A model generated the notes under the pieces. It saw nothing but the letters and a program-made list of their open reading frames with translations. It was not told the origin of the DNA and made no database searches. From Eledone cirrhosa (taxonomy: Eukaryota): 64,000 nucleotides of DNA. Where the stretch lies: positions 301,816,001 to 301,880,000 of the forward strand of contig OZ024741.1 in assembly GCA_964016885.1 (NCBI GenBank), given 5' to 3'. The translations under genes were made by a program, and so were the position numbers. Shown piece by piece: positions 1 to 14,704 of this stretch. Each line of letters begins with the position of its first letter. The stretch's first letter is position 1.

Positions 1-99
1 TAAATTGGAAGAGAACAGGCACACAAGGATCGTGTATTATATTAAACAGAAGTAAAACGTTAAATCTATGTGTATATGTTTATAAATATATACATATAA

Positions 100-395
<296 letters not shown>

Positions 396-617
396 TTGCT
401 TGTGGTGGATGCATTATTAAGACCGATACGTTTATGGATGGTCTGATGACAACAATCAGAACAAGGATGAATGTGTAAACAAATAAGAGGGTTTATATAA
501 AATATCATGTTTGGTTCATATCATTAATCTGGGAGTCAGGAACATTGGATCTCATGCCTTTATTTCTTGGAACAACAAAATACATATTTTACCAAGTTCA
601 TTTGTTCTTAATTTCTA

Positions 618-1090
618 ATGCATTCTGCCTTCGAATCCAGATTGCATTTGTGTATATCGAGCATATGTGTGTTTTCTGATTTTTACTTACATCAATATAT
701 TGTGTCAGAAGTTGTTGAATGTGCATATTTTCTATTATGCTGGCGAGTAAATATTATTTTTATGTATATTTTTGAGAAAAATCACCTTTCAATTGGACTA
801 TTTAAAACTCCGCCAAGTGTTAGATTTACATGATATCTATCCAGGCAAATGGAGCTTCTCTCGAGACTAATATAATCATCAAAATACACGCACAGGATCA
901 CCCGTATCGGTATCGAGATGTGTTCAAAGGACCTTGGGGACCATTTCAGCCGGCATACCAACAGCAGAAACCATCTGTACCATTTATTCATTTCACTCCC
1001 GCCTGAAGATAGGACAACAGAAACATGCAACAAGTTCACCTTCAAAAAGCTTCTACTACCATCCATCTGCACTCATCACTTCCAAGATGT
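618..1090 (+). mobile_element. Possible highly decayed LINE 3' end (Rex1/L2/CR1-like)
   Basis: Peptides in different frames (SAFESRLHLCIS, HLYHLFISLP, KSFYYHPSA) resemble the C-terminal tail of these LINE ORF2s; no catalytic motif seen. Confidence 0.3.
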
Positions 1091-1652
1091 CATTTTCATA
1101 CAAAAGTACCACAAACCAGCAATTTGTTTACCTTCACATAGGAACCAAATTTACTGGGAGCTTGCTCACAATACAAATGGATGATCAGAAACGCTGGGTA
1201 ATATATTAACAGTGGCATGTAGTGCGGTTCTGGTCACCCTACCACTGGAAGATCAGTATTGCGGGGCACTAGAATCTCTGTGGCATGTAACATTATACCG
1301 GAGAAACGTGGACAGTTCTCCAGGGTTCATCTATAAATAAAAATGCAATCTTCAATCTTATCAATGAGAACTTAACATCAGCCCGTCAGTTGAGTATTTA
1401 TGTAATTCAAAAAAAGGTTTAAGGATCAAACAATAAAACCTATACAAAAACACGACTTATATTTTAGGGTTATTTAGCTATACGTTAGCATTAACACATA
1501 CATTTATTTCACACGTTCATTCAATCTGGTTGTTAATGTTCTTATTTCTATCTGCATAATCAACGCTTACATCCATTCCACAAAACTGTACCTATGTACT
1601 ACAAACGGTACAAGCATATCCCCTAAAATATAATTTATAGTATATATATATA

Positions 1653-1830
1653 TGAAAAAAGGGAAAAGAATGACTTCACTTGTAGTGTTAAAAGATATTT
1701 TTGGATTTAATTTTATAATATTATTATAAAATTAAATCAAAAAAATCTTTTAACACTACAAGTGAAATCATTCTTTTCCTTTTTTTTTCAAATATACCTA
1801 ACTGTACCAAGGATCTCACACATTTTCCAA
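1653..1830 (+). repeat. Fold-back palindrome (1653-1790) with ~40-nt unpaired tail, probable PLE terminal remnant
   Basis: gaaaagaatgacttcacttgtagtgttaaaagat... mirrored by ...atcttttaacactacaagtgaaatcattcttttc, centre ~1721; (TA)n on both sides. Confidence 0.75.
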
Positions 1831-1840
1831 TATATATATA

Positions 1841-2584
1841 TAAATACATAATCGGAGAAAGCTAAAAGCGATACTCCGGCCAAATTCCAGCTCACTCAAC
1901 AAACATTAGAAAATACCTGAGTATATTCCTAATTAAACGTTCGGGGTGCTAACTAATTGTATTGTGTGGAAAATTGGCTGTATCATTTCAAATGTGATAT
2001 ATCAAATATCTCTCTTCCCATACGGACGTGTCGTTTCACTATAAGATTTCTACAAGTTGGGTGAAATTATACCAATTTATGTAGAAGCTTTTATAAGATC
2101 AACAGATACTTATTCAAGTGGGCTCTTATAATTCTTTAGTGGGTGCCCAATAACATTAATATTGATAACTAAATCAACATCAATGTTTAGCGATAATCAC
2201 CACAGTGCTTAACGGAGCTGCTAGGTTGTTAGTCCAGCAGTTCAAAAGAAAATTTCACGCTGTCACGAAAATAGGTGGAAGGAGATTACTGCCAAAAAAC
2301 AATACATGCGCAGGTCAATGAATTCTGAAAAGAATTCAGGCCACGTGCTAGAACTCAATTGGATTTGAAAAAATAACCATGCGTGCGCATTTCTTGAAGA
2401 CACACACAGATATTTTCACAGGCAAAATAACAGAATGAGATACAAGAACAAACAATCAATATTCATATAAAGAAGTAAACAAAGAGAGTCATACCTTATA
2501 TCGGGAAAGTTTCTTTCTGTTGCACCAAGAGTAAATATATAAATACATAATCGGAGAAAGCTAAAAGCGATACTCCGGCCAAAT
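1841..2584. repeat. ~745-bp unit bounded by identical 45-bp direct repeats
   Basis: taaatacataatcggagaaagctaaaagcgatactccggccaaat at 1841-1885 and 2540-2584; (TA)n outside both copies. Confidence 0.8.
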
Positions 2585-2599
2585 ATATATATATATACT

Positions 2600-2705
<106 letters not shown>

Positions 2706-2981
2706 GGCGGGTGTCTTTGTGTGTGTATGTTTTTATGTGTGTGTGCATCTGCGTATGAATGGCATTGTAGTGGCACAGTAGATATACACTAGGTGTCTTA
2801 GACTTTAAAGCTGGCGCACTCCATGTCCTCTCCAGCTATTTAATACAGACATAAAGCGAGAGACTGGGAGAAAGGAAATGAGAAAAAGATAGTTGTACGA
2901 CCAACACCACACGGTGTAGATAGCCGAAACAAATAACACAATGCGATCCGACGTTCTATCGAATCTGCCAATCTACCATAC

Positions 2982-3028
<47 letters not shown>

Positions 3029-3090
3029 GAAACGTAATATATGACGTAAAATGAGAAAATTATAAAAATTAACATACTTACTAAAATTTC

Positions 3091-3173
3091 ACTCCAACTA
3101 ATTAGTTTCTGAAAGGGAATAAACATGGTTTCCGAATGGAACCCATGGAGAAAGCCTTTCGTCATCAGGAAGT
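3091..3173 (-). ncRNA. Type I hammerhead ribozyme motif (C.A-closed stem II)
   Basis: Minus strand: acttc CTGATGA c-gaaagg...cctttc-a GAAA ctaattag TT ggagt; stem II contains an inner hairpin catgggttcc/ggaaaccatg. Confidence 0.75.
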
Positions 3174-3627
3174 CTATTCTCACCTAATTTCCCAGGCGAT
3201 GCGTGGACACAGGGAATTTATACAAAAATAATTCAATGGATGGAAAAAAGCAAGCGTGGACTAAATTCCAAGACATTGAAAAAATCACTGCCTACTTGGT
3301 CGGTGGCAAATTCAAAAGAATCAATCACGTGACATCGAGGTTAATCAGTAAGGAGTGGGGTGTTAAGAAGACAGTAGCCGAACTATTACTAAGAACTATA
3401 GTAGCAGTTTTGGCAAATCTTTGCTCAACAAAATAATTTGGAGATAATTATAAAGAATTAGTATATCTACCAACATATATATACAGATGCATACCTATGC
3501 TAGCAAATATATAGGTTTTGTCTTAGTAATTTGTGGTTCAATGCAAGCGGGTGCAGAACAATTATATGAAAGACGTAAAATAAGAAAATTATGAAAATCA
3601 TATATATATATATAATTATATATATAT

Positions 3628-3669
<42 letters not shown>

Positions 3670-3670
3670 C

Positions 3671-3747
<77 letters not shown>

Positions 3748-3804
3748 TCACACAACACACATTTTATTTAAATAAAATATATATAATAAATAAAAAATAG
3801 ATAT

Positions 3805-3861
3805 ATGTACATATATATAATGTACATATATATATATGTACATCATATATATATATATATA

Positions 3862-3931
<70 letters not shown>

Positions 3932-4091
3932 TTATATATATATATATATGTACATTATATATATATATATATATATATGTACATTATATATATATATATA
4001 TGTACATTATATATATATGTACATTATATACATATATATATGTACATTATATATGTATATATATATGTACATTATATATATATATATGTAC

Positions 4092-4125
<34 letters not shown>

Positions 4126-4163
4126 TTATATATATACATATATGTACATTATATATATATATT

Positions 4164-4212
<49 letters not shown>
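3805..4212. repeat. Minisatellite of tgtacat+(TA)n units
   Basis: Repeated tgtacattatatata...; source of the spurious N-terminus of ORF 3805..4719. Confidence 0.9.
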
Positions 4213-4215
<3 letters not shown>

Positions 4216-5245
4216 TTAATCAGTAAGACCCACTTAAAAATAAAGGTGGTAGAAAAGCCAGGAACCACCATAAAATCCCTGATCAGCAAAACCTACCCTT
4301 TTAAGAAAACCCACTGTACCAATAGGAAATGTATCATCTGTAAGGTGAACCCCCGGATAAACTGTAAAACTAGAAACGTAGTCTATAGCATAAGATGTAC
4401 AGAGGGTACTTGCAGAAACATGACAACAACATACATAGGTGAGACAGCTCGTAGCATAGGTGAAAGGATAGACCAACACTGGGGGGAACTAAAAGGACGA
4501 AAAAACGGGTCAGTACTATACGAACATGCTAGACAACAACATGACGGTAACATAGACAACATAGAAATTAGAATAATATCTAAACATAGGAATGACCCAG
4601 CAGATAGGCAAATCAGAGAGGCCAGTGAAATAGAAATTAGAAGACCAAAGCTAAACAGAAAGAATGAGTGGAACAACAACAACACCCAAACAAACAACAC
4701 TGACCTAAGAGAAGTATAAATAAATAAGTAAATTAAATTAAATAAATAAAATAAGATAAATAAATACATACACAAGCACATAAACACACACTAGTCACCC
4801 AGCAGACACAACACTATACACACTAGTCACACATCACACATAACACTATACACACACGCAAACGCATGCGCAAAGAAGACAAAATAAAATAAGATAAACA
4901 AACAAGCAAATAAATAAATAAATATATAGACAGACTGAACAAAAAAAATGGCGTAGACATACAACACAACAGGAGGAACAATGAATATAACACCACTGAC
5001 GATGTTGCAGATGTGCAACGAAAGATTTATGTAAATTATGTAAACTATATATATATGTGTTTGTCTATATTGTATCTGTATTATTTTTGACCGCCGGTCA
5101 GTCAATGGCAACATTGAGGACCGAGTAAGTTAGATCGCAGATATATATATATAAAAGACAGCGAGAAGCGAAAACCAACCAAACAGTGAGTGTGTTCTGT
5201 TATTAATTCTGGCAATATTACGCAAATATGACCCTCCCCAAATAT

Positions 5246-5250
<5 letters not shown>
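4213..5250 (+). mobile_element. 5'-truncated PLE, Neptune/Nematis-like (family B): GIY-YIG ORF end (to 4719) plus pLTR
   Basis: CTNRKCIIC linker, VVYSIRC...C...[16 protein letters not shown]...VLYEH; strongly similar to 31353-32546; ends at atgaccctccccaaatataacaa then (TA)n. Confidence 0.9.
4991..5035 (+). ncRNA. Minimal hammerhead motif (family B), weak stem I
   Basis: ca CTGACGA t gttgca-gatg-tgcaac GAAA gatt TA tg. Confidence 0.55.
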
Positions 5251-5340
<90 letters not shown>

Positions 5341-5769
5341 TACATATATACATTTATATATATGTACATACATACATACATACATATATATATATATGTA
5401 CATACATATATATGTACATTATATATATATATATATAAAAGGTAGATTAGATGAGTTGCTAATACAACCATATAAGATAACGAATTATTCAGAACTCGAA
5501 TGTGATTTTATTGGCAAAAGACAGTTCAGAGTTTATTCCAATTTGAACATTTCCAGTCATAGTAGTTTTAAGTCGATGTTTGGACATGCGGGGTTGGTAA
5601 ATAATTATCTTTCTTGTATTGTTTAATGATTCTAAGGAATTAAGTATAGAGGAATAAAATGTTACGTCTGTATTTGAAAGAAACGTTCGTAAATCTATTA
5701 AATAATATAATTAAACCCTGGATATTTTTTATTTATTATATATATTTTATTTAAATAAAATGTGTGTTG

Positions 5770-6172
<403 letters not shown>

Positions 6173-6228
6173 ATATACGTATGGTAGATTGGCAGATTCG
6201 ATAGAATATATATATATATATATATATA

Positions 6229-6414
6229 ACGAAGGAAATGTGGTAAGGAACCAGGTGGACCATAACGCACCAAAGTACTCAATAGTTAGGGTAGTAGAGT
6301 GGGTAATAGGAACAAGTAAGACCCCGACGGCTGAGCTCAAGCCGTTTCGACGGCTAATTCTGGAATTAGCCGTCGAAACGGTTTGAGCTCAGCCGTCGGG
6401 GTCTTACTTGTTCC
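6229..6414. mobile_element. Mini fold-back PLE insertion (family A)
   Basis: ~80-nt tail plus two ~52-nt inverted arms centred on 6361-6362; (TA)n on both sides. Confidence 0.9.
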
Positions 6415-6498
<84 letters not shown>

Positions 6499-6507
<9 letters not shown>

Positions 6508-7912
6508 AGAATCAAAGCTATGTTCAAAGCATTTATTCACTTACAATTGTTACATCCAAACCTAGGCTTGGAGTCTTCGGAGCATTTACAATGCTTGTAC
6601 ATATAATTGACCTCCTATCTAACACAAGAGACATACAGATACATATATATATATTGATGTACAGTGGAGTGACATATATTATACTATACTATATTTGTAT
6701 AGCAATTCAAATTTAAAATCAAAATTAAAATGCATGTGGCAGATAACACAGATAATGCAAGAGGATAGTTCGATAATCAGATCTAGTAGATAGTATATGC
6801 GTTAATCATACATGGAGTATGCGAGTGTGTCTCATTTATATACTAGTATTGTGTGGCAAGGTGTTACATGTAATGCAAGCACTTTAAGCGGGTAAGCAAG
6901 TATTTTGATATAAAGATATAGCACTTTGTGTGGGAAATTCAATTATAGCGCTATATAATAAGGAGTAATCAACTTCCTATAGACACCTTTAATACATTAT
7001 GATAGAGTAGACTGTATTTAAAATTAAATATAAATATATAACCTTTTATGTAAGGGACTCAATTGAGGCACCATATAATGTATGTTAGAACAATGAATTC
7101 AGTTATGAGAATCAGCTAGTTACCTCCCCTTACGCATTAACTCCCCTTAACTACACACCTACTTCCGGATAATAAACCACTGTAAATTCTCGCAGAAGAA
7201 AGAACCTATTCTATAAATATGGATTAAATAACACTGAACCTCAATACGTTACAATCATTTACTACATCAAACATTCAATACGAATTCATCGTAACATGTG
7301 AAAACTATAACTTCCTTTTTCTGAATGTGAAAATGGTGGTGGATGCGAAAACTATAACTTTCTTTTTCTTTTTCTTTTTCTTTTTCTTTTTCATTTTCTT
7401 TTTCTTTTTCTTTTTCTTTTTCTTTTTCTTTTTCTTTTTCTTTTTCTGCACACATACTTTTTTGATCTATACAAAAAATACCCTCCCACTACAACCACCA
7501 TAATACTCTTGCTTACCCGCTTAAAGTGCTTGTATTACATGTAACACCTTGCCACACAATACTCGTATACAAATGAGACACACTCGCATACTCCATGTAT
7601 GATTAACGCATACACTATCTACTAGATCTAATTATCGAACTATCCTCTTGCATTATCTGTGTTATCTGCCGCATGTATTTTAATTTTGATTTTAAATTTG
7701 AATTGCTGTACAAATATAGTATAGTATAATATATGTCACTCCACTGTACATCAATATATATATATATGTATCTGTATGTCTCTTGTGTTGGAAAGGAGGT
7801 CAATTATATGTACAAGCATTGTAAAATGCTCCGAAGACTCCAAGCCTAGGTTTGGATGAAACAATTGCAAGTGAATAAATGCTTTGAACATAGCTTTGAT
7901 TCTTGTGAATTC
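6499..7912 (+). mobile_element. PLE remnant with ~400-bp inverted pLTR arms (6499-6900 / 7508-7912)
   Basis: Arms are near-identical reverse complements and each carries a hammerhead-like motif; probable tail to ~8075, then (TA)n. Confidence 0.8.
7826..7874 (+). ncRNA. Decayed hammerhead motif (inverted copy near 6538-6585)
   Basis: gct CCGAAGA c-tccaagcc-ta-ggtttgga-t GAAA caattg CA agt; the inverted copy has TA at the cleavage site but GTAA for GAAA. Confidence 0.55.
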
Positions 7913-8068
7913 TATATAACTGCTCTGTAGAACAACTGATGTTAATACATTGAGCTATTTATCTTACTGGTAATAAGGTAGTAATAAATTACTGACCTTC
8001 CCTGTTTATAGTTTAAAATATACATAACTATAAAAAGTTTAAAATATACATAACTATAAATAGTATCC

Positions 8069-8125
<57 letters not shown>

Positions 8126-9766
8126 CAGAGCAAACAGCACGGACACTCTATCTCAAAATTATTTTTGAAAAGCATTTAGAAATGCGCAACCGGTAAAAAC
8201 TTAAAAACTTAAAACCACAACTGAATACTAACCCATACAATCACTAATACTCTTTTATTCCTAATCTTGTACGTATTAATTTCAACGCTTCTTCTTGATA
8301 ACTGCGTTGTTTCTTTTCAGGGACTATGTTGAAAATTAAACTTCATTTGGTCATTCCATGAGAGTATCTTGGTCGACCTATGAACTTTTCAGCCTACACT
8401 CGTATGTATTTATCTAAACATACATACTTACACACACATACATGTGTGTGTCTGTGTGTGTATCTGTTCATGTGTGTATGTGTGTGTGTGTTTGTGTGAG
8501 TGTGCATGTGTGTGTGTGTGTGTAATACATATGGCATATTTTAATGTTGTACATGATTATGCAACTACTCAGTAGACACTTTTGTTGGGTATCTCTAGAG
8601 TCTAATAGATGCAAATTATTTTCTTTACCACCTTTACAGCTATCTTTGTCTACACTTGATTGTTATTGCATCAGTGAATAATAACGAGGTTTCAACATTT
8701 ATATTTTCCAACTATGCTACGAAAAGAAGCGTTACAACAGGTTAAATGCAAATGTCTGTTTTTTTATTCAGTTTCCTCAGATACATTAAATGAAGTCAGT
8801 CAATTGAAAATACACATATAGACATTACTTCAGTTTTTTCCGGGTAGATGTAAATGATATTCAAGTGACGCTTGATGTTATTTTGTAACATTGTATTTAT
8901 TGAAAAACCAGAGAGCCATAACAATGAGGTTCTAATAAAGAAGAAAATAGTTTTGTTATTTTTTCTTTTCAATTTTGGACATCTGATGTTCGTTTTTAAA
9001 AAAATTACAGTAGAATAGAACGGAGAAACAAAAAGTAGAGAGACACAAAATAACCTCAAACATTATTTTAATATCGTTTGCATCTACACAGATGAACTTG
9101 AAGTAATACCTGTATAAGTATAGACTGTAATATTTTAGAAAGGCTCCTTCAGTTTGGAAATTTAATTTACTCTATATGTTGAAGTAAAATGACATCAACC
9201 ATTACTTAAGTTCCATTTGCATCTAGCCAGCTAAACTTGAGCTAATGTCTATATGTTTACATTGAATTCACTGACTACTTTTAAATTCGCTAAGCGAAAA
9301 CATTCGAAAATGGAAATTTGTGATTAACCTGTCGTGAACGCTGTCTTTTTGTGACAGAACCGAAACAAATAACATTACTAACTCATTTATGATGCGCCAA
9401 TACACCAATGGAATGTAGGCAATGGACGTAAGAATGGCTGATTGGCGGGGAACGTATGAATACTGATAACTTTCTCCTTTATTACATTCTCTTCTCTTTC
9501 TTTCTCTGTCCCTCCACAACATTTCAAAATGACATCTGAGTGCAACAATGTCAAACAAATATGTAAGAGTTTCATAGTTAACATAATGTACGTGTGCATG
9601 GACCCGTATTTCCCTGTAGAGTCGTAGAGGCGCCGTAGTAAAATACGGCGTTTCTTGGGCCTTATTTTAACTATGGTGTTTCTTATCTCCTCTCCAGGTT
9701 TAAACGCAGCCGATTTCTACCAGAGAAGGAGAGAATGTGATATAGAACTTCAAGAAGAAGAATCGT

Positions 9767-9895
9767 CCCAGGTACTTGACTGGTACTTTTTATCGCCCTC
9801 AAAAGGATAAAAAGGGAATTTGACATCGGCGGGCTTCGAACTTCGAGCGTAGAAAATCTGGACGGATACCGCAAATAATTTTATTCGGACGACTG
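9767..9895 (-). mobile_element. Decayed tRNA-derived SINE
   Basis: Similar to the copies at 29905-30283 (ctggtact..tttatcg..aggat..aagg); B-box-like gttcgaag on minus strand. Confidence 0.7.
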
Positions 9896-10899
9896 TGCGA
9901 ACAAATATGTAAAAGAAAAATGTTACAGTTTTACATATAACACACATTTACCAATAAATCATTCAAATTTATGATGATAATCAAGTTCCAGAACAGTCAT
10001 CCATAATCTGTAGCTTCCCGTTTGGTGGATTTGAACTTTGATGAAAATGGAGAGTCCTATGGACAAATGTGTTCCAAACGTGACTCTCCAGTATGTTTTT
10101 AAATGTTTATTTACCTTCAAATCAGTTCCAAAAGAGGAGACCTATAAACAAAGATAATCAAAACAAGATTATTCAATGTTTTCTTCGGGATTATATTACC
10201 CAACATGCTCTTTTTTAACTGGGGAAGTAAGATGTACAACCGATACTTAAGATAAAATAGAATAATTAAATAATTAGGTTTCTTTGAAAAGGTATAGTAA
10301 TATAGGTATGAAATACAGAACTGGGAGAGTGAAAAATGTATGGCTTAGCCGATCATATCGACACAGTACTTAATTCCTGTCTGGTACTAATGTTATCGAT
10401 ATCTACCTTGCTGAAGTGCGACACGACAGCACCGGTTGTTAAGAAGAGACACGAAAGAGATACACACACATACATGTATATGTGTGTATATATATATATA
10501 TGTATACATATATGTATGTGTGTATGTGTGTCTATGTGTGTCTGTCTGTGCAATTATTTTTTTTATTTAATTAAACCCTAATCTAAGCATTTCTGAATGA
10601 CATTACGTACTCCTGTGAATCGATACGTGTATTTCTTTCTTTGACAGAGGACAAAGTTTCTTTTAATAATATACCTCCCTAACATGTCGTTCATTCAGTA
10701 CATGACCCACAACAATGCTACTATAATTTATTCAATATACAAAATTTCACAATTTCATGAAAGGCTATTTATTGCCATTATATAAAAATAATGGAGCAAT
10801 ATCTAATTTAAAAATAAAACACTACAAAAGGAAAGAAGATAAAAGACAATGAAAAGAAGAAAAAGAAAGAAGGATCAAACGACGAAAAAAGGGGAGAGG

Positions 10900-11040
10900 G
10901 GGAGGGACCGTCACTACTGCTCAGTTTAAGCGGTGCCTCAGCCGCGCTTCCCAAAAGCGTTACCGTGGAGAATGGCCAGAGACACCCGCTGCAACAGTCA
11001 CTCCACCTCACGAGGCTCCCTCCTTACGCAGGCCACTGTC
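10900..11040 (-). mobile_element. 3' end of a CRE-like non-LTR element
   Basis: GC-rich island; minus strand encodes QRVSLAILHGNA, matching the QRxSxAxQRGNA end of CRE-type restriction-like endonucleases. Confidence 0.6.
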
Positions 11041-13568
11041 TTTCCTCCTTTTTTTCTATTACTATCCAGCTGCTTCGGGATTTTATTCAATATTATTTAA
11101 ACTGTATCCAACATCTTGTATCCCACCGATGCAATTGGTGATATCCAATTATAACATTTCTTATCTGTTTTTATGATACGTAAATTTCTGGTGCCAGAAA
11201 GTTGAAAAACAAAGCAACAAGTGCTTTGGTTATGAAAGCCATTGATCATCAAAAGGGGAGTTGATAGAATCTCCAGAATTTTAATTTCATAAAACGTTTG
11301 TAAATTTAATTACTACAGGATGTTGTAAATATAATTACTCCAGTGTGTTGCAAATTTGCGTAAGATTTAGTTATGAATGTTTATTGGCATGTGTAGTAAA
11401 TTGAATTAAATATTTAGAGCCTTATAAAACTCTGATTTTTTCCGGCAAAGATAGACACTTGTTGTAATTAACAATCGTTTTACAAAGCGTTGAGTAAATT
11501 TTAAATATATGTTAGCTTATTATAGTCGACTACACCACACGTTTGACTATCAAATAGTCGAACATGTTGAGCATATAAAACCCATAGAGACGGGAAACTG
11601 CGGACAGATTCGTTTGAGGGAATCGTCATCACATCTGCCGTGTGTCAGAGTGCGACGCTACCACATTTCTCCATTTCTATGCCCAACTAGACCGATTATG
11701 TAATAGGGAAATCTGTGTTGTAGCAGCTTACAATAAGCTAACATATTTTCAAAATACTTATTCTAGTATTTCAATATTTACCAACTATTTACGTAGTTTG
11801 GAATTCTCCCGTCTGACCCGAAAATGACACCTGAGCATCAAATTGTTTTGCAACGCCAAAATATTACCAGGCAAGGGGTCCGTTGAATTGTCTTACCTAC
11901 GATGCCGATTATAAACACTAAAGATTCCAGTAATGTTTCCACTATTTGCAAACATATCTCAAAATATAAATATTTTCTGTTGTCAATGGAACTTTTCTTT
12001 ATATGAGATTAACTTTTACAGCAATATAACTTTATTTATGAATATAAATATTAGCAAATATTAGCTAAACATCATTTCCTATATTCTTAACCGCAACGCA
12101 ATCAATTTAGATAAATTCTATAGTCTTATTGGTTCTAAATATTTCTCTAAAATACATTTCATCGCTTGTTGATAATATTTCTCGACATTTACTTTGCACA
12201 TATCCGAAAGCAAATTACAGATTTGCATTTCCTTTTTAAAGAATTTTCACACAACCATCCATACACGTTCTCTGATATTTACCATATAAACCGAAATATA
12301 TTTAATCTATCGCTTTCATTTTATATCTATAAAGATTTTTTTTCTTTAGACATCTTATATTTCTCAACATGCTTACAACTTAAGATAACGAATATCGTAA
12401 TATAACGAACATTTATCTATATATCTATATAATTTTTATACTTATATTTGTTCCATAAAAAAAGTCGCAGACTAAAACAGGAAAATATGAAAGCGACATG
12501 GAACTCTAAATGTATTCACTGCCAATAAAATTTCGAGGCAATATTATTCGTCACTCTAGCATAAAATAGTTAAAAGAATTTTTTTTCTCTGAATATGAAT
12601 GCGCCTTATATATAAGTTTAAAGTTGATGTGGTTATTCATCTAACATCAAAGCGTAATATAAAATTGTCTTTAAATAATTACCATGTGTGAAGAATTACA
12701 ATCCCTTATTTAGTCCACAAAATATTTTTCAATTTTCACTTTAAAGAATTTCATTTCATTTGCATCAAAACTGTCTTAGGAAATTATTTAAAACTCAGAA
12801 ACCCATTTTATATTTCTTTAAAGCTGTAAATGTTTATAGCCATCAACAAAAACCAATAGCGTTAATTTCGTTTTTAGCGTGAGATGAAGCAAATAATTTT
12901 CAATAAATCTAGCTGAGAGAGGTGTTTCAATTCCAAAATATAATCATTTGAGTGTATTTATGATATTCTGTTAAAAAGATACATGAGTGTGTGTCCGTGA
13001 TACATATACACCAGGTCCGAACACAAGAGAACCAAACTCCCACTGTCACTGCCTCCTTCTCTCCCGCTCTCCCCAACTCATTTCAGTTAACTTCTACTAT
13101 TAATAAAACTTTTCATATTCATCGCACAATACATTTCGATATTTATGCCAAATTAGAAGAATCTAATTCGCTTTTCTGGGGTAAACACATATATAATATT
13201 ATATACGGTATATATTTGACAATTTATGTGGCCATAGTAATGCAGTAAGAAGAGAGGTCATGAACTGTTTCAGGCCTCTGAGAATGGTTGTGAAAATGAA
13301 GTAAGAAATCACGACATATTGAATATTCCCAAATTGGCTCAGGTATTAATTATACTACAGAAAGTATATTGCTTTAAAAACAAAACAAAAACATAATCAA
13401 GAACAAAAACGACGCAATAAAAACAAGTGCCGTTAACAAAATGGACACAGACACACACACACACACACACAGTCACACACACTCACAGACACACTTTTTA
13501 CATATATATATATATATATATACAAAGATATATATATACATATATACATATAAATATATATATATATA

Positions 13569-13642
<74 letters not shown>

Positions 13643-14334
13643 TGTGGGGTGCATGTGTGGGGGAGAAACGAAAAAAGTGTTTTATGTATGTGGTGTATAT
13701 CAAGTTTCTTTATTCACTCAAAATCGTAAACACCGACAACCTATTCAGGCGTTGCGCCCTCTCACTAATTAAATACTTCTACTAACCTCTTAATTAAAAT
13801 TGTACTGCAATGGTTTATGTGATTTTATCCATTATATAGCTTTAGGCAAGTGTATAAATGTTCCAACTTATTATTTTCCCCGGTATGTAGATTAACTGCA
13901 ATAAATTAATGTTTTGTCTCTCGTCTCTTACTCCACTGAACAGCTTGTGTCAGACGGATGGGCCGACAGTACCGTTGGTAAGGGTCGAAACTGCCCAAGT
14001 CCATCTCAATGGCCGATGACCATGGGGTTAGGTTTCCTTTGTTCATATTTTTAATTTTTTAATAATTTTTTAAGGTTTCCCCTTAAAAACTTGTTCTGTT
14101 TCCGTTCGTTGTCTTCTCTTTGTTAATTTTCTTAAGTTTATCTATATACTGCTAAAACTCTATGATTGCTTGCTTGCTTGTCTGTAATGCAATACAGCCA
14201 CAAGGGCGCATAATAGGAAAATACTTTGAAAGGAAGTTGACACTGAAATGGGAATACAAACGGAATAAAGCAAGTTTCGCGTAAATCGGAGCACGCGTTA
14301 CCGAGATATGGGGTTTTTCCGGGTACCTTCATAA

Positions 14335-14365
<31 letters not shown>

Positions 14366-14483
14366 TATAGTGGTTGTGACAGAGTAGATTGAAAGAGAGA
14401 TATAGAGAGAGGAAGAGGAGACAGAGAAGGAGAATGGAAGAGAGAGACATAGCTGGTGGTGTTGTTGTGTATATATGTATATA

Positions 14484-14526
<43 letters not shown>

Positions 14527-14704
14527 CTATGACACCCACATATATATATATACACACACATATATATATATATATGTATATACACACACATACATTTATA
14601 TGTGTATATACACACACACACGCACACACATTTATATACATACACGCACGTATATATATGGGCCTATACTTTGAATATAGGCATTTTCAGAGGCAACACA
14701 TACT

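Noticed and set aside
436-480. CTGATGA at ~443
   Set aside because: No stem II, GAAA or stem I partner.
5620-5700. gaaacgttcgta resembling a hammerhead 3' half
   Set aside because: No recognisable CUGANGA and poor stem I.
9604-9648. Tiny ccgtattt...aaatacgg inverted repeat
   Set aside because: Only 8-bp arms and no TA duplication; too short to call a MITE.
13930-14035. Hammerhead-like pieces (ctgaaca, gtcgaaac, ccgatga)
   Set aside because: No single topology gives a consistent core with three stems; at best a heavily decayed motif.
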